From: the human T2T-CHM13v2.0 reference genome, Homo sapiens
Strand: one strand, 5' to 3'
DNA: 64,000 nucleotides
NCBI RefSeq assembly: GCF_009914755.1
Contig: NC_060935.1
Below the pieces are notes generated by a model, which saw nothing but the letters and a program-made list of their open reading frames with translations, was not told the DNA's origin and did not search any database. Made by a program: the position numbers and the translations under genes. Shown piece by piece: positions 14,628-31,927 of the stretch (position 1 is the stretch's first letter; each line of letters begins with the position of its first letter).

Positions 14628-15444
14628 AATAGCCATTTGGGTCAATGGAACAGAATGGAGACTCACATATAAACCTATACATCTAGAGTAAATTGATTTA
14701 AAATAAACATACCAAGACCATCTAATGGGGAAAGAATAGTTTTTGCAACAAATGATGCTGAGAAAACTGGAGATCCACATAGAAAAGAATGAAGTTGAAC
14801 CCCTAATTCATTCCATATAAATAATTCAGAATGTTTCAGACGACTACATTTGTGAGACCTGAAACTAAAACTCTTAGAAGAAAACAAGGGTAAATCTTTA
14901 AGACCTTGGATATGGCAATGGATTCTTAGAAATAACACCAAATCCACAAGCAACAAAAGGAAAAATAAATTAATAGACCTCATCAAAATTAAAAACTTGT
15001 GTGCTTTACAAAAACATGTATCAAAAAGTCAAGACCATCAGTTCAAATGTGGGGCTTAAGAAAGAAAATCAAGTCTGGGCACAGTTGTTCATGCTTGTAA
15101 TCCCAGCACTTTTGGAGACCAAGGCCGGAGGATCACTTGAGGCCAGGAATTTGAGACCATCCTGGGAAACATAGTGAGACCCCATCTCTACAAAATTCTT
15201 TTTTATAGCCAGACATGGTGATGCACACCTGTAGTCCTAGCTGCTCAGGAGCCTGAGGTGGGAAAATCACTTGAGCCCAGGATTTTGAGGCTGTGGTAAG
15301 CTGATTGTGCCATTGCACTCCAGCTTAGGCAACAGAGCAAGACCCTGTACCTAAAAGAAGAAAAGAAAAGAAAGTCAAAAGACAACCTACAAAATAGGAA
15401 AAAATACATCCAGTAAGAGATTCATCTAGAATATGTTAAAAACA

Positions 15445-15934
15445 TGTTGGGAGCTCAAAAGGCCAAAGGGATCATGACCAACTAAGCATTCCGCTGGAGG
15501 CTATATGATCAAACAGCAAACTGTTTATCATGAATGCAGAATGTGGGCAAACTGATACTGCCCTGCCACCAAAAGGTTTGCTGAGGGCCTCACTCCCTGG
15601 CAGTGGGCTCCTTAAAGTTATCTATTGAGAAATCTAGCGCCTATTGTTTGAAGAATGCAGTCTTACAAACCTGCCGTGAATCAAACTGCTGACGACACCC
15701 ACCCCCCACCCACCTCCACTTCTTGCTATCTCTTTTGCCTAATAAATATGGAGGGCTGTGTAAAGCTCAGGGCCCTTGTCCACTAGAGGCAAGGTGCCCC
15801 CGACCCCTTCTTCCAAATATACTCTTTTGTCTCTTGTCTTTTATTCCCGCGTTTGCCCCCCTTTATTCAGTCCCATAGGTCCGTGTGGGTTACACAGTGG
15901 CACCCCAAACAGCAACAGGATTGGGTGCTCTACA
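15445..15934 (+). mobile_element. Solo LTR, LTR3-like (HERV-K HML-6)
   Basis: TG...CA ends and perfect 6-bp TSD AAAACA (15439-15444, 15935-15940), typical of beta-like ERVs. AATAAA at 15741. The 5' sequence GACCAACTAAGCATTCCGCTGGAGGCTATATGATCAAACAGC resembles recalled LTR3. Confidence 0.8.
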
Positions 15935-16883
15935 AAAACACATGTCAATAATAAAAAAGACAAATAATTGGCATTTCACCAAAGAAAATATACAAATAGC
16001 CAACAAGCAAATGAAAAGATACTCAACATCATTGATCATCAAGAAATAAATAATGAAAACCACAATGAAATAGCACTTTATGGTTGGGCACAGTGGCTCA
16101 TACCTGTAATCCCATCACTTTGGGAGACTGAGGTGGGAGAATTGCTTGAGTCCAGGAGTTTGAGACCATTCTGGGAAACATGGCGAGACCCTGTCTCTAC
16201 AAAATATACCAAAAAAAAAAAAAAAAAAAAAAATAGCCAGACATGGTGGCATGCACCTGTAGTCCCAGCTACTTGAGAAGCTGAGATGGGAGAATTCGTC
16301 GAGGCTTCAGTGAGCTGTAATCATGTCACAGCATTCCAGTCTGGACAACAAAGCAAGACCCTGTCTCAGAAAAAAGAAAGAAGGAAAAAAATACCACTTC
16401 ACACCCACAATGATGGTTTGAAATTGGTGTTGACAAGGATATGGAGAAAGCAGAACCCTCATCACTGCTAGTGGAATTGCAAAGTTGTGGATCTGCTATG
16501 TAACAGTCTGATAGCTCCTCAAAATGATAAACATAAAGTTACTTGAACCAGCAGTTCCTTTCCTAGCTATACCCAAGAAAAATGAGCATATGTCCATGAA
16601 AAAATTTTTACATAAATGTTCATAACAAGCATTGTTTCTAATGTCAAAAATTGGAGACAACCCAATGGCCATTAGCTGTTTAATACAGATTCTTTGGCTA
16701 CTCCTTGAAATTCTTACTTAGTAGATCTCTGTTGGAGCCTAGGTATCTGCAAGCACATGATGTGATTATCATTCTGGTGTTCTGAGAACCAATCTTAATA
16801 CACCCTGCTCTACCCTTACCTTCTTGATTTTACTCTCCCAAGCCATGCTTACTATGGGATGTAATTTCTTCCACACAACATGA

Positions 16884-17111
<228 letters not shown>

Positions 17112-17533
17112 TAGTAGAGATGAGGTTTCACCATGTTGGCCAGTCTGGTCTTGAACTCCTGACCTCAAGTGATCCACCCACTTCGGCCTCTCAGAAGTGC
17201 TGGGATTACAGGCATGAGCCACCACGCCTGGCCAGGTATCTTTTTAAATCTTGTATGAAATTATGTCACTGTTCTGTTGACAAACATCTTGTGACTTCAT
17301 TTTCTCTAAAGTCCAAATCTCTTGACATACCTATGATATCCACCATAATCTGAACTCAATCTACCTCTCCAGCTACATCATGCACTATAATCACACTGAC
17401 AATAGTTAACTGTACTTACAATTATAGGTTTGGAAGTGGCAATACACAAAAACCATCAACATCATATATTTCTGGCAGGGTTGATTCTCATATATAAATT
17501 TATTCTTTGAGTTTATAAGTTTATAAAAAATGA

Positions 17534-17848
<315 letters not shown>

Positions 17849-18041
17849 TAGAGGAACTTTTATATTTATTCTTCAAATGTATTTCCAGTATTTTGTCATG
17901 TAGTACCCTCTGTTTTAAGAAAAAAAAAAAAAAGTCCTCCTACTCCCCAGTTTTCCCCATATTTGCCTGCTGAAATTTTTTGTATACCCAGGCTTATAGT
18001 GATGTTGTCAAAGAAGAATTCAGTCCATTTGTGCTCTGTAA

Positions 18042-18163
18042 CAGCAGTCCCTAACCTTTTTGGCACAAGGGACCAGTATTGTGAAAGACAGTTTTTCCAC
18101 AGACCAGGACAGAGATGGTTTCAGGATGATTCAAGCTCATTACATTTATTGTGCACTTTATTG

Positions 18164-18235
<72 letters not shown>

Positions 18236-18846
18236 TTTTTGAGACAGGGTCTCATTCTGTCACCCAGGCTGGAGTGCAATGGCAGATCTCATATCAGTGC
18301 AACCTCAATCTCCGAGGTTCAAGCAATTCTCCTGCCTCGGCTTTGGAGTAGCTGGGACTACAGGCATTCACCACCACACCCAGCTAATGTTTGCATTTTT
18401 AGTAGAGATGGGGTTTTCGCCATGTTGGCCAGGCTGTTTATTTTTATTATTATTACATTGTAGTATATAATGAAATAATTATACAACTGACCATAATACA
18501 GAATCAGTGGGAGCCCTGAGCTTGTTTTCCTACAACTAGATGGTTCCATCTGGGAGTGATGGGAGACAGTGACAGATCATCAGGCATTAGATTTTCATAA
18601 GGGACTGTGCAACCTAAATCCCTCACATGTGCAGTTCACAATAGGGTTCACGCATCTATGATCATCTAATGCTGCTGCTGATGTGTCAGGAGGTAGAGCT
18701 CGGGCAGTAATGTGAGCCACAGGAAGTGGCTTACATACAGACAAAGTATCGCTCACTCACCTGCTGCTTACCTCCTGTTGTGCAGCCCAGTTCCTAACAG
18801 ATCACGGACTGGTAGCAGGCCTGTACCCAGGGGTTGGGGACTCCTG
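18042..18846 (-). mobile_element. MER1A hAT-Charlie DNA transposon interrupted by an Alu with a (TG)n/(TA)n tail
   Basis: Terminal inverted repeats CAGCAGTCCCTAACC / GGTTGGGGACTCCTG, 8-bp TSD CTCTGTAA/CTCTATGA, MER1 internal ATTAGATTTTCATAAGG motif. Confidence 0.85.
18164..18240. repeat. Compound microsatellite (TA)n(TG)n(TA)n(T)n in an Alu tail
   Basis: Directly visible. Confidence 0.95.
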
Positions 18847-19753
18847 CTCTATGAATCTTCTCAGAGTTAATCACTATTCCCACTAATATCCCCTTGTACT
18901 TCATTTGTACCTATTAGAATGTTTATCAATACCTAACATTAAAATTCTCTACTCACCCTGGACTTAGCACAATCTGTTTTGTATTACAGTTAATCGTATA
19001 TTAATACTTATCTATCATTCCATCTAGATTTTGACATTTCTTCTTGAGGTCATGAAATGATTCCATTTATTTTTGAGTAATTCTACCTTCCTAATTATTT
19101 ATTCTGCCAGCTCTTAGCACAAAGAGTTATACATGTTAGAAGCTCAAAAATGTTTCTTGAACAGAAATAAATTGAAAAGGCAACTGAAAGCAAATTCAAA
19201 CTGTAGATGAAGAAAACTGCTTTTGAAACTAGTTACCACCATATATTAAGTAAAGTTGTCAACAGCAGAAAAAGTGTCCCATTATATGTCTGTTTTTTAT
19301 GGTGCTTTAAATCTTATAATCCTAGACATAGTCATGCAGATTCATATATACTCCATACACAAACCAAGATTATAAATACTAATTCAATGAATAAAATGTA
19401 AATTACATATCAACAAATACAAATGGTAAACAAACTCACTTAATGGTTAGGGAAGCAATGGTTGCATTCCCAACAATGAACTAAACACTTTAGGTGGTTT
19501 TGAAGAAATTAGAAGATGCAAAGTTTCTTCAGAAGTAAACACATAATGAAGATCAGAGAATCTCTTAATTATGATTTTATTATCAAACTGAGAAGGGCAT
19601 GAGGAAACCATTACATCTTTTATGATGAATTTCATGGAGAAAGTTGATTTTGTTTTTTTTTTTTTTTTTTTTTTGAGACAGAGTCATGCAGTCTCGGCTC
19701 ACTGCAACCTCCTCCTCCCAGGTTCAAGTGATTCTCCTGCCTCAGCCTCCTGA

Positions 19754-20047
<294 letters not shown>

Positions 20048-21425
20048 TGATGGCTTTAGTTTCAAATCTCACCTTTACCACTCAAACTGTAACATTATTG
20101 ATAATTAATACTGAGAGTGGAATACAGAAGTTAAAAAAATGAATATTATCTCATGAGCTAAACCAGAGTAGTCCGAAGGGTATCCATATTTTTATAAAAA
20201 AAGTAACAACAAAAATCTGATTTATAAGGATAAATAATTATTTTGGAGACTAGTACTTCCTTAATACATATTCTCCCCTTGAAATCTCTACTTTTAAGCT
20301 GGGCACATTGCCTCTTAGAACAGATAGATCTAGCATTGTTTGCAATTGAGTGTGACCACATGACTGTATTCTAGCAAATAACATGCAAACAGAAGTATTC
20401 TCTGAAACCTTTCAGGAAATTTCTTAAAGGACACCAGACATATACCCTTTGCCCCGTCCCACTTTATCTCTTTATTCTGTTGCTTGGAACATGGATGTGA
20501 TCGCCAGAGCTCCATATTAAACTATGAGAGTGAAGTCCTCATCATCAAGACTGTGAGGCTGAAACCTGGAAGCCACCTAATTCCTAGACTTTGGGATAAC
20601 TACTATACCTGCCGTATGTTGACTACCTCCAGACTTTAAACTTTGTCTTATTTAAGCCACTATGCTTTGGGGTATGTTTAACTCATAGTGATTATGGTTT
20701 ATTTTCTAAATCAGACTCATCTTCCTCGTTGATACTCCCAAAAAAGCAGCAGTGACATTTTATCTCCCAGGAAGTTGTTTTCCTAATAATAAATTCTATA
20801 ATTTTCCTATGCATTTCCTTATTTAATAGTTGTTGAGTCTAAAGTTGGGGCCAGGCGTGGTGGCTCACGCCTGTAATCCCAGCACTTTGGGAGACTGAGG
20901 TGGGCGGATCGCTTGAGATCAGGAATTTGAGACCAGCCTGGCAAACATGGCGAAACCCTGTCTCTACCAAAATATACAAAAAATTAACCAGGCGTGGTGG
21001 CATGTACCTGTAATCCCAGCTACAAGGGTGGCTGAGGCACAAGAATCACTTGGAGGTTGCAGTGAGCCGAGATCATGCCACTGCACTCTAGCCTGGGTGA
21101 CAGAGTGAGACTCTGTGTCAAAAAAGAAAAAAAAAATAATAATAAAAATAAAGTTGGAGTAGAATGGCAAAGTGAATTGAAGAATACATGCTGTAGAGTC
21201 AGACAGACTTGGATTCAAATTCTCATTTTCTCACTTATTAGCTATATAACTTGGAACAAAGTTCTTAACCACTCTCCAATCTTGATGTTGTTGAGATAAC
21301 AGATCTAAAATATCTGGTACATAGTAGGTTCCCAATAAATATTCCTTTTTTTCTCAATTGAATTTTAAGACCCAGTTCAAATACTATTTCCTCAAACATA
21401 TTTATTTAATTTCTTACTTAGAAAT

Positions 21426-21810
21426 TGCTGTGGACTGAATGTGCCCTCCCCACCAACTTCATACATTGAAGCCCTAACCCCAAAAACGACTGTAGTTAGA
21501 GATAGGGTCTTCAAGGAGGTAGTTAAAATTAAATGAGATCATAAGAGTCAGGCCCTAATCTAATAGGATGGGTGAATTTATAAAAAGAGAAAGAGATAGC
21601 AGGTGTGCCCATGCAAGCAGAAAAAGCCATGTGAGAAAACAGCAAAAGGCATCCATTTCCAAGCCAAAAAGGCCTCGCCATAAACCAACCAATCCTATTG
21701 GCACCTTGATCTTGGACTTCTGGTCTCCAGAAGTGTGAGAAAATAAATTTCTATTGTTTAAGACACGCAGTCTGTGGTATTTTGTAATGGAAGCCCTATC
21801 AGACTAATAA
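21426..21810 (+). mobile_element. MLT1-type MaLR solo LTR
   Basis: TGCTGTGGACTGAATG start; GAGAAAATAAATTTCTATTGTTTAAG and AGACTAATA near the end. Confidence 0.8.
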
Positions 21811-22030
21811 AGAAATCCTCAAAACATACTCGTTATGTCTCTCCTTATATCACTTTTTAAAAGTTACTTTGTTTTTTCTTAAGAAGTTACCCTGTGGCCG
21901 GGCGCAGCGGCTTACGCTTGTAATCCCAGTACTTTGGGAGGCCTAGGCGGGTGGATCGCCTGAGGCTGGGAGTTCGAGACCAGCCTGAACAACATGGAGA
22001 AACGCCATCTCTACTAAAAATACAAAATTA

Positions 22031-22576
<546 letters not shown>

Positions 22577-22579
22577 TGA

Positions 22580-23011
<432 letters not shown>

Positions 23012-23430
23012 TAATGCAAGCACTTGGGAGGCTGAGAAGACAGATTGCTTGAGCCCAGGATTTGGAGACCAACATGGGCAACATAGTGAGACCCTGGCTC
23101 TAAAAATAAATAAATAAATAAATAAAATTACAAAATTAGCTGGATATGGTGCCACACACCTCTAGTTCCAGCTAGGAACTAGCCTGAGGTGGGAAGATCA
23201 CTGGAGCCCAGGGGCTTGAGGTTGCAGTGAGCTAAGATCACACTACTGCACTCCAGACTGGATGAAAGAATGAGACACTGTCTCTTTGATATTAATAATA
23301 AGTTGAACTTGCAAAAATGGGTTATTAGTTATTAATGTTAATCAGAAGTAAGACTTTCTAATCGTCTTTAGTTGGAGATTAAATATGGTTAAGGAGACAC
23401 ATATAGGTGCCAAATTGACAAGATGTAGAC

Positions 23431-24033
<603 letters not shown>

Positions 24034-24050
24034 TAGCCAGGATGGTCTCA

Positions 24051-24140
<90 letters not shown>

Positions 24141-24555
24141 TTACTTACTGTGCTTACCAGTGCTAGAATTTCCATTTTATTCCTTTTTGAAGTGTTTCCT
24201 TATTGAGATTCTGTATTTGCTGAGTCATTGTTACCATATTTTTGTTTATTTCTTTGTGCTTTATTTCCCTTATACTACTTTCTTTGAAGTCTTTGCTAAA
24301 TGTCAGACTTCTGAGAATACTCAATTACTCAGATACAGTTTCTTTTTTAATTAATTAATTAATTTTTGGAGACAGAGTCTTGCTCAGTCACCCAGGCTGG
24401 AGTATAGTGGCAAGATCATTGCTCACTGCAGCCTCAAACTCATGGGCTCAAGTGATCCTCCTGCCTCAGCCTCCTGAGTAGCTAGCACTATAGGTGCAAA
24501 GCCAACACACTTGGCTTTTTTTTGTTTGTTTGTTTTTGTAGAAACCAGGTCTCCC

Positions 24556-25190
24556 AATAGGAATGCTTTTACACTATTGGTGGAAATGTAAATTAGTTCA
24601 ACCTTTGTGGAAGACAGTGGGGCAATTCCTCAAAGACCTAGAACTAGAAATGCCATTTGACCCACCAATCCCATTACTGGGTATATACCCAGAGGAATAT
24701 AAATCATTCTGTTATAAAGAGAAATGCACACATATATTCATTGCAGCACTGTTTACAATAGCGAAGACATGGAATCAACCCATATGCCCATCAGTGATAG
24801 ACTGGATAAAGAAAATATGGTACCTCTACACCATGGTATACTATGCAACCATAAAGGGGAACAAGATCATGTCCTTTGCAGGGACACAGATGGAGCTGGA
24901 AGCCATTATCCTCAGCAGACTAACACAGGAACAGAAAACTGAACAGCACATGTTCTCACTTATAAGTGGGTGCTGAACAATGAGAACACATGGACACAGG
25001 GAGGGGAACAACACACACTGGGGCTTGCTGGTGGGGGTCAGGGGGAGGGAGAGCATCAGGATAAATAGCTAATCCATGTGGGGCTTAATACCTAGGTGAT
25101 GGGTTGATAGGTGCAGCAAACCACCATGGCACATGTGTACCTATGTAATGAACGTGCATGTCTTACACATGTATCCTGGAACGTAAAAAA
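24556..25190 (+). mobile_element. 5'-truncated primate L1 (L1PA) 3' end
   Basis: Open ORF2 C-terminal frame 24563-24976 (HYWWKCKLVQPLWKTV...HMFSLISG) followed by a typical G-rich L1PA 3' UTR. Confidence 0.92.
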
Positions 25191-25425
25191 GATGTTACAT
25201 GCATATAACAATTTCCAAGATATTGGAAAGCAAAAAAGCAAAATAAAGACCAGGGTTGATAGCATGTTATCATTTCTGTAATATTAGAGTATGGAGAGGG
25301 GGACAGTAAACACACACACACACACACACAACACCCAGGGATTTGAATGATTAATGCACAATATACCCTTGAAAAGAAACATGAAAACTAGGTATCTGGG
25401 GTTCATGGGAGCAAGGAAACTTTCA

Positions 25426-25755
<330 letters not shown>

Positions 25756-26124
25756 TTAATGTATTTCTATTAGAAAAATAAAATTCTAATAAAAACATAA
25801 AAGAAACTGGGTATCCCTATGTTACCCAGGCTGGTCTTGAAATTCTGGCCTCAAGTGAAATTCCCACCTTGGCCTCCCAATGTGCTGGGATTACAGGCAT
25901 GAGCCACCACACTCAGCCCCAGGTAACAGTTTCAGTTTACTGAGTGTGGGTCATAGTTTTTGTTTATTTGCATGCCTTGTAATTTTTTGTTGAAGAGTGA
26001 CATTTTAGATAACATATTGTAGGACAGTGTGGATGGCATCCAGCCTGGCGAAACAACTTTTCCCCCTGAAAGTTGTTCTTCTGTTTATTTGTGTGTGGGG
26101 GTTTAGCCATTTGCCTATACTAAA

Positions 26125-26514
26125 TGTCTTAATCCATTTTGTGCTTAATCCATGTTGTGCTCCTATAACTGAATACCTGAAACTGGGTAATTTAAAATTT
26201 ATAATGAAAATAATTTTTTTTCTCACAGTTCTGGAGGCTGGGAAGTCCAAGACCAGTTGGCTCGCATCTGGTGAGAGCCTTCTTGCTGCATCATCCTATA
26301 GTGGAAGTCATCACATGGTGGAAGCACCAAGAGAGGGCCATACTTGTCCTTTTATAATGAACCTACTACTCCTGCAATAACAGCATAATCTATTCATGAG
26401 GGTGGAACCCTCATGGCCTAATCAGCTCTTAAAGGTCCCACCTCTTAATGTTGTTATAATGGCAGTTAAATTTAAACATGAGTTTGGAAGGGTGCAGACA
26501 TTCAAACCATAGCA
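26125..26514 (-). mobile_element. MaLR solo LTR (MLT1A/MST-like)
   Basis: TG...CA ends with perfect 5-bp TSD CTAAA (26120-26124, 26515-26519). Confidence 0.85.
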
Positions 26515-27682
26515 CTAAACTAAATCTATGAATTCTCCCATGCAATATGTGTCTACTTTAGTCTCTGTTCTGTTAGAGTTTTTTCCTTGATTTTATTCTT
26601 AAACCCAGTTTCCCAAGATTCTCCTTGGTGTGTATATAGCTTAGTGTTCAGCCAAACATTAATTAAACATTTGGCTCAAACACCTTGAGGCAGTAAGGCT
26701 TTCTCTCTCTACTGATGGAACACTGTGTGTACAGGGGAGTGCGTTCAAAGTCCAGCTGTTGTATGTCTTCACTGGCTTTTACATTCTGCAAGGCCCTCTT
26801 GAACCTTCTTGCTTATCCACTGTGTATGTGCTGAGGATCCATTAGCCCAGAATGTTTGGGTGTCTTGGGTCTATCTTCCAAATCTTTGATGCATATCCTT
26901 GCAGCCTCTGGTCCACTTGGGATATGTAGAGAGCTTATAAAGCCCCCTGTGGCTGTGTCATCCCTGGGAAATTCCTGTTAAATCCCACCTAGTTTGCCAA
27001 TCCATAGCTTGCCTCAAATAAAAGGCAACATAAGGCAAGCAGAGCCACCTTCTATCCATGTTTGCTTGCCACTGAGATCACCTTTTTAAACTGATAATGG
27101 CTCCAACTCAAGTAAGCCTCCTTTGGCCATGGCGGCAAGGCTGTTCATTTTCATGTTCTGCCCCAACCTACTTGAACTTCACTTACAACAGAACTGGAGT
27201 GGTGGAATGGGGGTTGTTCCAGGCAAGAACAACAAAAAGAAATTGTCCTTATCTGAAATTCAGCGATCTTCATGAATAAGCATTTCTCTGATTGTGGTAT
27301 ATGCCTTTAATTTTATTTCTAGAGTGACAAATTTTTGGTTTTGACAGTTTTTTTCTAGCTTTATAGTTTCTTCTTGGGGAGAGAATATGTCAACCTCACT
27401 CCATCATGCTGAAGTAAATCTTCATCTCTTAATTTTATCTCTCAAAAATATCCTAAGGATTCCCTCTGGAGCCTGATAAGTAATTGCAGTATCTGGTTTC
27501 TATGGTTGGATGATTCAGGATTCCAGGAATAATAGTTACTTTTTAGACCTCTAAAGAAGAAGTAACAACCACGTAAATGAAAAGATGCTTCTTAAATCAT
27601 GGAGAATCAGGGCTTAGTATCACTGTATTTTCAAACTGTTTCAGCCTTACTTTATAACTGATTTAGTATATTTTTCTTTTAA

Positions 27683-27847
<165 letters not shown>

Positions 27848-27914
27848 TAGTCTTTGGTTGATACTACATGAGGCTGACCAAGTGATTTCCAACTTCCTAA
27901 GCTGCAATGACTAA

Positions 27915-28480
27915 GTGAAAAACTATTTCTCTTGTGTCTTTTTGAGATATAATTCATATACCATTAAATTCACCCTTTTAAAGTATGCAATTCAATGGAC
28001 TTCTTACATTCAATGCCCCTGTAGTGACATTATAGTGACTTACATTCATAAACTTGTACAACAGTTACCACTGTTAGTTCCAGAATATATTTATCACCTC
28101 AGAAAGGAACCACATAACCACTACCAGTCAGTGCCCATTTACTACCACTCCTAGCCCCTAGAAATGATTAATCTACTTTCTGTTGTTATAGATATGCCTA
28201 TTCTGGATGTTTTCTATAAATTACATCATTCAGATATCTTAGGTGTGTTCCTAGGAGTGGATTTCTGGGTTATATAGTGTTTAACCTTTTGAGGTACTGC
28301 CAGACTATCTTCCAAGGCACCTGCACCATTTTACATCTCCACTAGGAATATAGGAAGGTTCCAGTTTTTCCACATCCTCCTCAACACATTGTTCTTTTCA
28401 TTGTTTTGTTTTTATTAGAACCATCTTATTAGGTGTGAAGTGTTGTTCTCATTGCGGTTTTTATTTGCATTTCCCTGCAT
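27915..28480 (-). mobile_element. L1M 3' UTR fragment just downstream of AAMDC exon 2
   Basis: TTTTGAGATATAATTCATATACCATTAAATTCACCC and CTGCACCATTTTACAT are typical antisense L1MB 3' end motifs. Confidence 0.7.
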
Positions 28481-28945
28481 TTCCTCAAGTATTCTCAGTG
28501 TGCCATTCCCAAGGTAGAGCCTCCTTTCCATGAGTGTAAGTTGGGCAAAACAAGGGAGCCTCTACCTTTTGACCCCACTCACCTGGGATGTAGCCTCAAC
28601 AACAGAAAGATGGGGGCAGGATGAGAGGCACTAAAGTCCTGCTCCTCCTGGGAAGGAAGCCTTCCAGCTAGATGCTGAGGGGAGAAAGAGTCTTGTGTTC
28701 TTGGCTATGGCAATCTGGAGAGTAGTCTCTGCCTCACAATGGGGATGGGGCAGGAAGGCATTTATCTTGACGCCTCCACTGTACATGTGCACAGATTCTT
28801 ACCTGTCTTACCAAATATCTCAATGAGTTCTGGCTTCTATAAAAAAAATTGTCATAGACTGAGTGCCTTAAATAATAAATATTTATTTCTCACAGTTCTG
28901 GAGACTGAAAGTGTGAGATTAGGATGCCAGCATGGTTCTGGTCCT

Positions 28946-29319
28946 TGTATTAATTCATTTTCATTAGTTCATTTTCATGCTGCCGATAAAGACATAACTG
29001 AGACTGGGGAGAAAAAGAGGTTTAATGGACTTACAGTTCCACATGGCTGGGGAGGCCTCACAATCATGGCAGAAGGCAAGGAGGAGCAAGTCACGTCTTA
29101 CATGGATGGTGGCAGGCAAAGAGAGCTTGTGCAGAGAAACTCTCGTTTTTAAAACCATCAGATCTCATGAGACTCATTCACTATCACGAGAGCAGCACAG
29201 GAAAGACCCACCCCCATAATTCAATCACCTCCCACCGAGTTCCTCTCACAATATGCAGGAATTGTGGGAGTTAAAAATCTAAGATGAGATTTGGGTGGGG
29301 ACACAGCCAAACTGTATCA
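28946..29319 (-). mobile_element. THE1 solo LTR nested in an older MLT1 LTR (about 28830-29545)
   Basis: THE1 hallmarks GATAAAGACATA and GGAGGAGCAAGTCACGTCTTACATGG; TSD GTCCT/GCCCT. Confidence 0.85.
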
Positions 29320-29671
29320 GCCCTCTTCTAGTTTGCAGACAGCCAACTTCTCTTTGTATCCTTACATAGTGGAAAGAGAGGTAGCTAGCTTTTGGGCTTC
29401 TTATAAGGGCACTAATCTCATTCATGAGGGCTCTACCCTTAGGACCCAGTTACCTCCTACAGGCCCCACCTCTAAATAACATCACATTGGGATTAGAGTT
29501 TCAATATATACATTTTTAAGGGACACACATATTAAGTCCATTGCAGCAAATTTTTTTTTACAGTTTTTTCTTTCTTTCTTTGTTTTTTTTTGGAGACAGT
29601 CTCCCTCTGTCGTCCAGGCTAGAGTGCAGTGGTGAGATCATGGCGCACTGTAGTCTACACCACCTGGGTGA

Positions 29672-29959
<288 letters not shown>

Positions 29960-30589
29960 TGAGTTCTTGGTTTGGGTTTTTCTTTGTTGTTATTATTAAT
30001 AATTTTTCACATAGGAGTGGGTCAGTGGAGCGCCTCATGATGTAATGATGGAAGTAGATCCTTCATTTTTGAAGAATAGTTTGTTGGATATAGATTTCTT
30101 TGATCAATCGTCTTTTTCTTTCAGCACTTTCAATATGCCATCCCACCACCTTTTGGCTTCATTGGTTTCTAATGATAAATCAACCATTAGCATTATTAGA
30201 TCTCCCTTGGACTTGTTGAGTTGCTTCTCTCTAACTGCTTTCAAAACACATCACAGTAATTTAACTATGATATGTCTAGGTATGGATATCTTTGAGTTTG
30301 TCCTACTTGGAATTTATTGAGCTTCATGAAGATGTAGATTATTGTTTTTTTAATCAAATTTGGGGAAGTTTAGAGCCATTATTTCTTCAAGTATTCTTTC
30401 TACTCCTATCTCCCTTTTCTTGTGACTCTCATTATGAATATATTGATAGGCGTTAGGGTGTCCTACAGGTCTCTGAGTCTATATTCTTTGTCTTCATTTT
30501 TTTTCTTTCCTTTGTCTCAGACTGGATAATCTCAATTGACCTATTTTCAATTTTGTTGATTCTTATCTGCTGTTGAGCCCCTGTAGTGA

Positions 30590-31021
<432 letters not shown>

Positions 31022-31669
31022 TAGTTCTTTTGAACATGGTTTCCTTTGGCTCCTATTACATATTTAAAATCACTGATTTACAGTCTTTCTCTGTAAGTCC
31101 AATGTCTGGGCTTCCTCTGGGATAGTTTCTACTGTCTGTTTCCCCCAATCCCCATATGGACCTGCCTTTCTTTTTCTTTCTTTCTTAATGTCTTTGTTGT
31201 TTTGTTTATATTTCTCATTTTTTTTTTTGAGAACTGGACATTTTACATAATATAATGTGGCAACACCGGAAATCAACTCCCCCTCCCATTCTGAGGGTTT
31301 GTTGTTGCTATTTTTGCAGTTATTTGTTCCTATGTGGTTCTATAAAGTCTGTATTCTTTGTTTGTGGCTTCTGAGGTCTGCTAATTTACCTTAGTGATGA
31401 GCTAATGATTTGACTGAGATTTCTTTACATTGCTGGAATCAGATGTTTAGATTTACCCATGTGTCTACCAGTTGCCTTTCTTATTATTCATTTTTGTAAT
31501 TTAGATCTTTTGAGGTCAATTTCTTCTTTTAGAAAAATCAGTATCCAGCTGGGCATGGTGGCTCACGCCTGTGATCACAGCACTTTGGGAGACCAAGGCA
31601 GGCAGCTCATTTTAGGCCAGGAGATTGATACCATCCTGGCCAACATGGTGAAACCCCATCGTCTCCTCA

Positions 31670-31927
<258 letters not shown>

